Shown one piece after another: positions 33,801 to 45,900 of a stretch of DNA of 64,000 nt; the stretch's first letter is position 1; every line of letters starts with the position of its first letter. Origin of the DNA: Alloascoidea hylecoeti (Eukaryota). The notes under the pieces are model-generated. The model made no database searches. It saw nothing but the letters and a program-made list of their open reading frames with translations, and had not been told where the DNA came from. Position numbers and translations under genes: made by a program. The DNA is taken from positions 1,583,389 through 1,647,388 of the forward strand of contig BCKZ01000001.1 in the NCBI GenBank assembly GCA_001600815.1. Reading direction: 5' to 3'.

Positions 33801-34538
33801 AATTTCATGTTAAAATAAAAAATGATAAATGATAAGAGATATTACACTTACTTCTCCAACAGCTAATAATTTTCCATCCGAACTTAATGAAATACAACTT
33901 ATTGATTTCACTTTATCTCTTATCATAGATTTTGTAGGAGATTTACCTGGAGATCTATAGTTACCAGAAGCTGCGGTTAATGTATTACTATCTAGTTCAT
34001 TTTTTTCAGTATTATCCCACGTAAAAGGTTTTAAACCACCATTTGTAGGTATAGAATATGTATCATATGCATATGGTTGTTGTGAAATTTCCTTTTGTAG
34101 TTGATTATTAACACAAAAATATGTTTGACTTGAAATAGATTCATTCATTATCTCAGCGACGACAACACCAGCACCTAAAGCATATGCTATTGTATTATTG
34201 TAACTAGTAAAACATGATTTGGTTCGTGTTGAAGTCCCATAAACCCGCTTTGGATCCAAATTAGGAACCATTGTTGAAGATTGGGACAAGCTATATTTCG
34301 ACTGCTTCACTGAATTCGAAGATGATGATGCATATGGTTGATTTTCTCCCTTTATATTATAATTATTGGATATTGGTTTCGAGGGTTCCTCTTCTATTGC
34401 TGTTGATGATGAAACGAAAATATGATTGTTTTCTTTTATATCAACTCCAATGGTTTCAACAATAGCTTCACTCGCAGTATCACTACTACTTGCGATACAG
34501 GGTATAAATTCGCAGTGGCCATGATTAGACACTGTCAT
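30802..34538 (-). CDS. Large WD40-repeat protein, MAPKBP1/WDR62-like; exons 34538-33852 and 33795-30802, intron 33796-33851
   Basis: GTAAGT...TAG intron gives LSSDGKLLAVGE|TGYKPRILIY. Also LASLGVQNDGFIHIW, ISASRDRTIQ, TSSADRTI and a C-terminal LERFGERMV helix. Confidence 0.8.
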
Positions 34539-34704
34539 AATACAAGTATCGATATTTCTCGAAGGGTGGATGAGAGGTGAATATCTAGCAACGGCGATGA
34601 GAAATATAGCTGAAACGAACCTTATATGTATACTTATTTATCAATTTACAAATATAGAACATAATCCTTAATTTTATTGCTGATTTTAATTTTGTTTTAA
34701 GGAG

Positions 34705-34732
34705 TCGCGTTTTTAAACTACGTAAAACGCGT
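34705..34732. promoter_or_regulatory. Paired MCB-like elements (TCGCGT, ACGCGT) upstream of the WD40 gene
   Basis: Two CGCG motifs 170-190 bp upstream of ATG 34538. Confidence 0.4.
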
Positions 34733-35047
34733 ATCATCAAGCTAACTAAATCATAATCATTCACTAAATTGAATTTTTAGATGCAAACAATATTGGATTT
34801 ATAGTTTAGTCATAATTTACTACTTATTATTGGCGAATGTCGTCTTTAACGGCCGGCGAAAGATAATAAGAATGGCCGCACTAGATCCATTTTACGTCTC
34901 AGTGACTTCATATTGTGTCTTAATTTTTTATTCTAAAACCTCTTGATTGTTCAACTAAGTTTTATTCCTATGTAAACTTAACATTTCCTTTAAAATTGAT
35001 TTATTAATCACTCTATCTTATATCTATATATTCCCATTCACACATTT

Positions 35048-36458
35048 TTATGCATTAACCTCATTTTCATGATCATTTCTAATGTCATGAAGATCATTGT
35101 ATAGACGTCGATCATGATTATGACCATTACTATCTAGGGCTGTCCTACCACCTGTCAATATTGAACATAGATGTGACCATTTTCTAGAAATTGATCGTTT
35201 GATTATAATTAATCTGGCCATAGTTAATGGAATTCTGTGTGCTAAAAGAGCATTGAATTGTCTAACAATATCTAATTGAATCATCCCAATTAAAAGAAAT
35301 AAAGATAACGAAAAAATCAATTGAAATCCATTTATATTATGGGTTTGTAACTGGTAAAAGAAAAAATAAGATACTAGAGTCAATCGAAATAGAGACCACA
35401 TTAAACATATTTCAATATGATATCGAACTATAGCTAATCCTAACTGCAAGCCTAAATTGAACCAATTGATGATTTCATCTTCATTAATATTATCATTCCG
35501 AGTATCATTAGTTGCTTGTGCCGATTGATATTGTTGTCGGCCAGGTTGTAACCCAGATTGTAACCCAGATTGAATATATTGCAAGTTCTGGCCATTAATA
35601 TAATTAGAATTCGTTATTCTGGTAGAATATGTGCAATCGGCCAAATGTACTATCGGTGTGGGAATGACCGCTGTATTTAATTGAAGTTTAGCAAGAGCAG
35701 ATGGTGATAATAATAGTATGTTCTCTCCTAGCCCATCTGTCGACATTATCGCCTCGCTTGTAGAAAATTTCAGATCTAGACCCGAATCTTGGGATACATC
35801 GGAGGAGCTTGAAGCGAAAGATGGGATACTTATATGCCATGTTTTTGTTCCAAGAATCTCTTGTTGCACGATATACTTTTCTCCACTTATAGTTTTTATG
35901 ACATCAAACGTGCGACCTAAATAATTAACGGGGACTTTGTCTGTAGAACCAGAATTTTGGTTAATATATCTCTTTGCCACTTTTTGACTTCGTCTTATAA
36001 TTGGACCCGTTTGTGGCGTTACAATAAATAGTTCTGAAGAGTTCGAAATGGCAGAGTTGGATGGCGACGTAAGACTTGGGTCTTCGTCTTGAGATGAATC
36101 TAAATCTCGAGGTCTAGGTGTCATAATATGGAAAATAACAGGTTCATCCTTGATCAGAAAAAGTTAAAAAAAGTCTCATCAAACAAACAAATGAAAAGGA
36201 TCTTACTTCGGTTCCCAATATATTTTCTAGTTCGTTTTCATTCTGTAGTTCCCGACCTTTGTATATTAATCTAGATTTGGAGGCGACGTCTTCATCTATA
36301 GATAATATGTCTTGCTTTATCTTCAATACCGTAGACGCTGTTGAGATATCCAGATATCGTTCTTCTGCTACATTGTTATACGACAAAATGAAGAATTTTG
36401 CTTTAATAGAGGGGTTGGTTCCTAGTGAGCCACCTGAAGTGGAATGTACAAAGTCCAT
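35048..36458 (-). CDS. N-terminal ubiquitin-like domain membrane protein (Usa1/Herp-like, tentative); exons 36458-36207 and 36148-35048
   Basis: STVLKIKQDI...RLIYKGREL...LENILG|DEPVIFHIM completes a UBL fold across a GTAAGA...AAG intron (36149-36206). C-terminal hydrophobic segments. Confidence 0.65.
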
Positions 36459-36538
36459 GGGTATTTGCTAATGCAAATGACATGACTGAAAGACTCTGGA
36501 TCTGTATTAATACCATTCTTATGGGCCTGTTTATGTAT

Positions 36539-36548
36539 ATCACGTGAT
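36539..36548. promoter_or_regulatory. ATCACGTGAT E-box in the UBL gene/MSS51 divergent promoter
   Basis: Perfect RTCACGTG palindrome seen. Confidence 0.45.
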
Positions 36549-36775
36549 AATGCTTCAAACTACTCCTATACCTGAAAATACACGCTGACCAGTTTAATTA
36601 TATATAAAAAAACAGCCAAATTTATATATAGACCTCTTATATCAAATTTCTGATTATTGTATTTTAAACAGTTTTTTCATATTTTGTTACAAACTGTGGC
36701 AGGTTGATTGAAAATTTCTTAAAATTAAAATTTAATATTATGGGTTTAAACCAAAATTGAAAGAAGTTACACATA

Positions 36776-38092
36776 ATGATCACAAGAAAATTGGCAACAA
36801 GCACTAAATCATTAAAATATGCATTTATAACAAGACCTCTATCAACAGAAGTAAGATTTTCGCTAAAAGAAAAATTCCCATACCTTGGAAACCTTCTTTC
36901 GAGGCTTTTGGATCTGGGTGATCATTCGGTCCCTGAAGTTACACCTTGGGACAAAAGCACTCACAAAACTCTTCGAGATAGGGCAGCACATATACGGCAA
37001 GTTGGGAAGTGTCCAGTTACAGGGAAATTGATAAAATTTACCTGTCCTTTATCAGGAATTCCAACCCATTATTCGATAGACGATTGGAAAGCTGATAATA
37101 ATTATCATAAACATGCCATATGGAAAATTTTAAAGAAAGTAAATATTTATGAAAATGATATATTAAGTGATAGATATTTTCCTGAATTTAGATTTCCTTA
37201 TGAACAACAACTAGATCGAAGGGTTAATTTTATGAATTGGGATACATTTTTATACACTAGAAGCTTTTGGAATGTTGATAATGAACTTCAGTTGGCGGCA
37301 GTTACCAAACCTTTAAGTTATCCAATAACAATAGCAAGTGTTTTACATCAATTCTTTCCGTATAGTCTAAGTCCATCAGGACCTGCTACAGAAGAAGGTA
37401 TGAAGATTTCTTCTGAAGCTGCTATAGACCTAAACACACCTGGAAAACAGCCTCATCAAATTCTTATAATTGGTTCAAGAGCAGAGTCAAAACTTCCGGA
37501 TCTCGTTTGGAAACAATTAAATTACCTTTTCCCAATATCATCATTTGAAATAAATTTCATCGGTCCAGAATGCTTTTATTGGAAAAAAAAGAAACAATAT
37601 GTTAATAGTAATACACCTATAAAATATCAAATTGATCGAAAATTAACATTGATTTATCATACGTCATATTTTGATAATTCAGAGATTAATCTAAAAAATT
37701 TAATAAAAAAAAATATGTATATAAATTCAAATCATAAAAATTTTATATTTTTATTTCATCCAGATTTTACAAAAGTTAATGAAGAAGGACAAAATCGTTG
37801 GAAAAAGACAGTAAAAGAGATTATAAATTCTCAAATACCAACATATGTTACAGCATATAACGAAGAAAACATGAAAGAAATAAAAGATTGGCTGCTTGAA
37901 CATTATGGTAATAAAATGGATATATTAATTGAACCAACAAAGAATATTTTTAGTAGTACTAAATGGGAAATTTACGATGAAAATCCAACTAATGCTTATC
38001 AGATAAATCAGCAATTGTTTGCTTTCAAAGGAAGGAAGAAAAAGCATTCGAGTACTAAGAAACCAACGAGTTTTGATCTATGGGGGTCCTGA
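36776..38092 (+). CDS. MSS51: Mss51-family mitochondrial COX1 translational activator/assembly factor (divergent)
   Basis: CPVTG..IKFTCPLSGIPTH (two CPX motifs), NFMNWDTFLYTRSF, LSYPITIASVLH, GSRAE..LP..VWKQL, N.F.STKWE. Confidence 0.88.
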   Translation: MITRKLATSTKSLKYAFITRPLSTEVRFSLKEKFPYLGNLLSRLLDLGDHSVPEVTPWDKSTHKTLRDRAAHIRQVGKCPVTGKLIKFTCPLSGIPTHYSIDDWKADNNYHKHAIWKILKKVNIYENDILSDRYFPEFRFPYEQQLDRRVNFMNWDTFLYTRSFWNVDNELQLAAVTKPLSYPITIASVLHQFFPYSLSPSGPATEEGMKISSEAAIDLNTPGKQPHQILIIGSRAESKLPDLVWKQLNYLFPISSFEINFIGPECFYWKKKKQYVNSNTPIKYQIDRKLTLIYHTSYFDNSEINLKNLIKKNMYINSNHKNFIFLFHPDFTKVNEEGQNRWKKTVKEIINSQIPTYVTAYNEENMKEIKDWLLEHYGNKMDILIEPTKNIFSSTKWEIYDENPTNAYQINQQLFAFKGRKKKHSSTKKPTSFDLWGS

Positions 38093-39359
38093 GAATTCGA
38101 ATATAATGATTACCTATGTATATGTATTGGTCAATTAGTTTGGATTAAGATGATAAACTTTTCTAACTCTTTATTTGTAAATAACACATCACTGAATCTT
38201 ACATTCAAATACACCTTACATATTAATCAAAGAATATCTGTGTCCTAGGTTAATTTCGGCAATTGGATCAAAATGTTTCGATCCTATGGAGACTTCTTCT
38301 ATCGTCATGTCATGTGGGACAAATATCCTAAATATTTGGTAGAATGTTGAAGTTCAGTAGAAAATGGAATCATAAACCAAGTGCAGAATATTTATCTATT
38401 ATAATAAATGTTATATCATTTGGCTAACTTTTGGCGCGTATTCGTATATGTTGATAGCTTTTCAAATACTTTTTGATCTTTGTTTTTGCCAAAAGTATAT
38501 TATTATATATCAAAGATTAACCAGCATTCTACGGTATATATTGTGTCACATGACGAAAACGAATCATTTTGTTCCGAAATTAACCAGAAATAAAAGTTTA
38601 ATAAAATTTCAGACCAGCAATTATCACTATAATTTGATGAATATTATTATAAATAATAGTCATCTAGTGGCGGAAAAAAGTAGCACAAGTACTCTAATAA
38701 AATATATAAACCATGTTGTCATTTTGGCAATATGATTCTTATGGTTTGTAAGTGCTAATTGTATAATTGTAGTTATATCAGGAGATTCTTCAATAATTGG
38801 ACTTTGAAGGGCCTATTTTGTATGTCGTATTTCAGAGATAATTAATTGACACATTTTGAAGTTCGTTTGGTAGGATTTAGACATAAGTTTTGACAAGCAC
38901 ATTTGAGAACAAATTGACTAATTTCGAGAAATTCAAATGACAAGGGCTGAACAAAGTACTTATTGTTCCAAGGGGTTTTATTTTCTATTGTAGTTATTAT
39001 ATTACAGCCGTTGATTTGATTATATTGTACCTATCAGGAGTCGTCATCGCGATTATCTTTAAAATTTTGAAGACCTTAAGCTGTACCTAAAGATAAGTGT
39101 TTCAAGACTCAATCGGAACAACTAATAAGAAAATTTTGTAGAGAATTGTAGCTTTTGCTATTTTACATTTTGTTAAATCATAAAGTTTATAGCAATCGTC
39201 AATTTTATTATATAGGTATAAATTATAAGTTGAATTGGAAAGGGTCAAAAACGAAAAATCAAGAAATTTTTACAATCTGTAGAGATTTCACTCAATAACG
39301 TGTAAGCCTCTTGATATTTTATTTGAGAGTATATATAATCAAAACCTTAATCATTTTTG

Positions 39360-39951
39360 ACCGCTCGAAATATAAATGAAGTTACTCACCTAGTTGGTTG
39401 GAGCACGTCATACATAGGCTGAAACTGGGTTTGTAAAATATATCAAACCAGCTAGGGGAAGGCCAAAGTTTTCTTTGCGAAATCGCAGGGATCTAATATT
39501 AAAAGAATTACAAAAAGGTCCGATGCAATATTCGATTGTTACGGAGCGGATTCAGTTAAAGACTAATTCATAGGCATATCAAAGAAGTATTAGAACGGAT
39601 GGTGATATCCCTCATTCAAGCCGTTGAGGGTGGGATTCAACAAGACTATGTTCCATTCAACAAATCAAAAAACCCAAGAAAAAAATATAATGGAACACCT
39701 ATGCTGGGGGTGCGAGATCTCCGGACCCACTAATCCCATTGAGTAATAAGCTTGAAATTGGTTTAGGAAACAGGATCCCGGAGTTAGTTGTAATAAAAGG
39801 TGCTATCCAGAAGATCAAGAATCATTTTTTCAGAAATATTGCCAGAACTATGGGAACAGCTATGATAGATCAATTGCTCTTTCTCCAAGTCATTGGATTC
39901 ATGCCAAAACGAATAGAACAAGTTGCCTCCAATGATACTAAGACAAATTAA
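39360..39951 (+). mobile_element. Decayed, internally deleted Tc1/IS630-type transposase remnant
   Basis: ETGFVKYIKPARGRPKFSLRNRRDLILKELQKGP (39421 onward, GRP linker); frameshifted ARSPD.NPIE (about 39712-39743, compare SPDLNPIE); MPKRIEQV (39901, compare SMPxRxxAV). The order is correct. No TIRs were identified. Confidence 0.65.
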
Positions 39952-42900
39952 GGGACGTAATTTCTGCCTTATTTGGTAATATTTCCTTTAGAATTGGTTC
40001 TTTAATTATTTCATATTTATGAATTATATGTCTTTCAGAGTGAAGTAACGTTGCTCCGTATCATCTGGTCATCTACTGTAACATCTTATATATTTCTTCC
40101 AATCAGCCTTAAATTTCTTATATTAACTGGATAAAATTTGAAAAGATTCAAAATAAGGATTTATATATCTTAAACCGGTTAATTATTTTATTACGTCACC
40201 AAGGCATCGATTATAATTATCTTCGATCCACTTTTATTTGTATGGCCATGGTGTCGTACGAATAAGTACAAAAAACTTGTATATATGTAACATTTATTTG
40301 TATAGTTATTTTCTAGTCCGTACGAGTGATGCATTTGTATTCAGTTTCATATACTTTTCACTGATTATGTATGTTATAAGTATTGCTTAGTAATATATTG
40401 AAAGAGATAGTAATATCGATATCGATTTAATCATGAGTTTAAATCAATTAGCTGTTACTATTAAATTTCACAGTTGCATAACTCCATTTTATAATTATTG
40501 AAGGTGTCGTTATATGTTTAATCATAACCCGGGATTTTTAATAGTTCTCGGCCATGACGATGTGATAATAATACTAAAATCATGCAATTGGTTTTAATTA
40601 TAATTATAAAACTTCGAATCCAACGGTTTCAAGAATTCGATGGGTATCAATACGTATGGTCCTAGCTATCTATATAAATTATGTAATTTACGAAGTTACT
40701 TGGTGGAGTATTATATGTAAAAATCGGTTCTAAGTTTTGAAATTCGAAGCTATTTACCTCCACAGCAGGGATAATCTTCAATAATCAGAAATTCGTTGAT
40801 AAGAGAAGCAATAATAATTGTTCGATTGCAAATTCCAATTCTTCGTTGCTGAAGTCCTATATATTTATATAAATAACCACAAGGATAGTTACATGGGTAT
40901 AGAAATTTCACTGAATTAACCCTGCGTGAACTATACCCATATGCATATTCATAGTTATATATTTCCTTAGTTAGGATCAGAAGCCAAATTCACCCACTCG
41001 TTTACTAGTGATTCTCCAATTATGAGATTACGACATAGTAATCGGAAGGTTAAGTGCTGATCAATTGTAGCAATGCTTGGTGCCGTATTAAATCTACTGT
41101 CCTACAATGTACGGCTTAACATTAATCCTTACCAAGACCGTTTTTCTGTCATGCTAATCACGATATCTATACTCAATAATTCAGATACCATAGAATTGGA
41201 TCTTTCTGCTTATAGGCTATAATCCAATTATCCAAAACTCATACCAACGCTCTACAATTAATCTACGTACTTCTGCATAATCATGGATCTTTCTTCGCTT
41301 CCAATGCTTCCATCTAAACTTGCAATTCTTCTATGCACAACCGTTGGACTGCAAATCTGAAATTTCTATAGATCTATATCTTAAGCTTGTCTCTGATATT
41401 AATTTGATTATGAAAGTAAAGTAATTATAAGGTTGGCCTAATGGTATAATTATTTTACCGTATGCATATATTATTGCCAATCTCTAACATATTTTTTACT
41501 TTGGCAGTTTCTGGATGCTTCTAGAAACTCTTAGGATTTCATACCTAACTATATATACCTAGATAGAGAACCTTTCATCGGCTGTAATGGCCAATTGAAA
41601 GCTTAGAGTGTTTTCTGGTTAAGCTCGAGAAGCTGCTGAATTATAATTAGTGCTTCAAGATCAATATCTATAGATCCAGAGTTATAACTAGCTATATCCG
41701 AGTACAGTATCATATACCAATTAAAAGTCTTTTTTAGACCCCTAGATTTTGTCGAGAAGGAAATAATATTGCAATTGACAACCTAGATTGCGTTCATATT
41801 GTCGTAACTATGGTATAGCTTCAACTATTATAACAACATATCTATTACAAGGTGTGCCTCAATTTTACAAATACGTTGATATTTAGACTGTAATATTGTA
41901 ACTCCAATTACAATTACAGTTACATGTAGGCTAAATATTATATACCATCGAGAAATATTAGTATTAGCGTTCACAACTTCACATACAAAACCAGCATAGA
42001 ATGCCATATATGCCACTATGTAGATACAAGTAATATATAACTTAAGTTTTTAATTGAAGATATTGTTTTCAATGTTTTCAAACCTATGTCTATATAGCCA
42101 GCTATACCGTATATATATGGGGCATGTATAACATATTGTATAGTACTTAAATGATCTATAATCATGTAGACTCAATTATTAATACGTATTTAAAAATATC
42201 AATATATAACCCAAGTTGTATAATTGGAAGCCATTTAATGATAAGATCTAAAACTAGAATTTACTTGAAATTATCATTAGCTCTTAGTTGTGGTTTTTAT
42301 GATTTTGAGATTAACCAGAAATATATAATGCCAATAGGATTGTAAGAGAATGATAAAGTTATATTTAAACACGCACACAAATGATTACCTTTAAAAGGTT
42401 AGTTAGTAGTTACAGACTTGTTAGGAAGTGCGACCAATTTTATTTTTGCTATATATATAAGAATTTATAAAACTGTCGAGGATCGTATCTTTCCATTGTA
42501 GTTCTTATTTAGGGAATAGAGAGTTGCAATTGGAGTCCTTATATTGCTGCATATCAGTTATGAATTATCTTCGAGCATTATGTATTGAAATATTAACTGT
42601 ATATAAACATTGAGAGTATTTCACACAGCTTATTCGAGGATTTGCATCCGGAAATATCGATTTATTAGCTATATAATTATTACTTAGTCAAATTTTAAAG
42701 TATCAGATGTTTTTTTCTTGAATAAGAAAGGAAGCATATGAGCTACCTTTATCAGGTCAATATTCATTAAATTTGTATAGTAAATGATTATAAAATCGAT
42801 ATCATATATCCACAAATAACAACATCGATATCATGATCAAGTATATGATAAGTTAAAACAATGCATTTATTGCATATATAGCTATAAGCGAATATGATGA

Positions 42901-45900
42901 TCATGGTATGATTGAGCTACTGTAAACTAATTCAAAACCAAATTTAATGGTGATCTTGTTCATTCGTAGTTACTAATTGTATATGATATGCAAGGTACTC
43001 AAGGGTTTGAAAGTATATAATATATAAATAGTATCAAATTATATATATATTATGCTACTTCTGAGTTAATTATATGTATGCTATGATGTTATGTAGGTGT
43101 ATATTCCTAGTATGGGTATTTATCATCACTTTTATAATTAATAAATGAATTGATATATGGCTATTTTTTTTTAATATCCTTTTAAGCTGTCTTACTTTAA
43201 ATTTAAAACTTTTCAAAAAAAATAACGATTTTATAGATGTTCATCGGTCCAAAATATCTGAAGCTTTTATTAATATGTTTCATTTATTCATTTAAAAGTT
43301 TCATGAACATTTCTATAAATAGTCTAATCGAAATCATAGAATAGTGTCTCAAGTTTAATTGCGACAATTGCAAGTGTATAGCTAGGGTGGGACACAAATC
43401 GATATCTATTCAGCAGTAGCATTTTATATTGACAAAAAAATCAATATACCAAATCCAGACCCCTTTTAAGATCTTATTTTTTGTTCCAAGTTTATATTCT
43501 TTGAAAACGTTATTTAACAAAAAGTTAATTAAGGAATACCAAAACTTCAAGACAGTAATAATTAGTGTCTTAGGGACATTGCATTTTGTTGTATTTTAGG
43601 TAATCTAAAGAAGTATTTTTTCACCCTTTTTCCTTAGAAAATTGGTGACTCTAGAATATTAAAAATGAGATAGCTTTTAGTGGTAAGATATCTTTTTGGA
43701 TAAACTTCAGGATTATTTGGGACGATCGTATTTTATAATTATTTAGTAGAATTAAAAAAATTCTCCTTAATATTAATAAGTCTGGATTATAGACCGCGTA
43801 GTTAACGTATAGCAATTATAATTTTCATTTTTTTGTTAGTAGACAAAAATAGTAAATAAATGAAGTTAAGAATGTAAAATAAAGGTGGTGTTATTTTATC
43901 ACATCATTTGCATTATTTTGTTATCTCCCCATGCATACTGTGTATTTGTTAACTAATCATGCATACCCTTGTCCAACAAATAATTCTAATTATAATTATA
44001 AAGAATATAGGTTTTTTTTCAAGAAAAGTAGGAAATGAGGACCACAAAAGGAGGAGAAAAGTGAAGATAACGATGTTAAAAAATTTTCATATATTTCGGA
44101 AAATCTTTTTTGAATTTGCTTTAGAATTTCTTCATAATATAACGTTTTAGCAAAAAAGTTACTAATATTAATTGTATATGACACTTATATATAATCAAAA
44201 CGGATTTAAATTTTTCTAGAACAGAAATCGAAGCTTCATGGAACATCAGACTTCTGCATAAAATTATTAATTTCTACATTGGCATGTGCATCTGATATTT
44301 CTATGGTAAGTACCGACAAATTGCATATAAGATCTTCAAATAATATTATAATTATAAGAAAGAAAGTTAAATGGATGGCCATGGATATATAGTAATCAGA
44401 TGATATCATCAATATAATATCATGTATCTTCTCCTTCAATGGTCATCTTATTAATTTTAGTATGAATATCGATATTATCATGATTCATGATACTTTTAAT
44501 CAACATAATATGTTCAAATTAAAATATTTATGCGAATAATACTATATATGTTAAAATTGGACCACAATAATTAATATTAATGAACAATTAAATTATATTG
44601 TACAACAGATTCATAATTAAGCTTGTGATCACTGATCAGTCATATACTCATATTTATTATACCCATTTGTTATTGGCCGGAATTTGGAAATGCTTCTAGT
44701 ATAATTGGTTTATCATGAGCTGCAGTGTTCTATGTTAGGCCATGAAATATTCGATTAATATTGCAATTGTATATTTCATTCATTGTATTATTGCAACTGA
44801 TATAATACATTTCAAATTTAAACATGATACCTGGATCATCATATATCTTAATTATGAGAAACTTTACCATGAGATTTTATATATATGGATACATGTATAA
44901 TATAATTAGTTTCCTGAAGTACAAGATTAAAGCTTAAGTCAATTGATTATTTACATTAACTAGTCTATTCTGTTGTAGTTGTATATAAAATTGTTATACA
45001 TGTATATATAAATTTCAACCATATGCATATAGCTATATATATGGTATTATGGTGTAACTAGCCATGAAATACGAGATTTATTAACATATTATTATAATTA
45101 TGTTAATAATTATCAGAAGCTTATATTTTTCTTTTCGTTAATTATATAATATTAATGGGAGTTTACAATAAATTAAAGAAATTTATAAATGAAATTTCAA
45201 TCTCCTCCAAGTGCCAATGTTGTCCTCCAACTTTGAATATGATGACTATATAATAGTCATGGCTATATCATGATTTATCCGAGTGAGATTAATTATAAAG
45301 AGGCACTACAAACAGAGTTTAAGTTTTTCGGGTTATACATATTAGAAAGCCTTCTTACGTACATGGGGGTTAAGAACAATGGGGAAGATAGTTCTAGGAA
45401 AAAAGAGGGAACCGAAACTTTTATATTTGATTCGTCATGATCATTTTTCGTTTCTTTTTCTTTCTAGGTTTGAGTTATTCATACTTGAAACGTGGAACAC
45501 GAACAATTGCAATTTGAAAAACTCTCAATTGTAAAACAACCTAAATAGAATCATTGGCTCCATTTCCAAATAAAACCAGTCTAGATCTGTTTCATATGGC
45601 TTCTATAAACTTCCTATTTCTTCTATCGTGTGCTCAACTTGCATTGTTAATAATTTCTTATAGCCTATTAGTTGTATATTGATAGTATTATTAAATAATT
45701 AGTATATGCAACCGAATCAGCCATTGTAATAATTATAATTATAACTATATGTACCGGTATTAATTTATACAGTTCTAGGTCTCCACTAATTATATAAGCA
45801 AACAAAGAAATACTTGACTATTGAAATATTCAGGAATGAAATAATAAATATATGGCGTATTTTGTATGAAATACGAGAATCTAGGATAGTCTTCATAATC

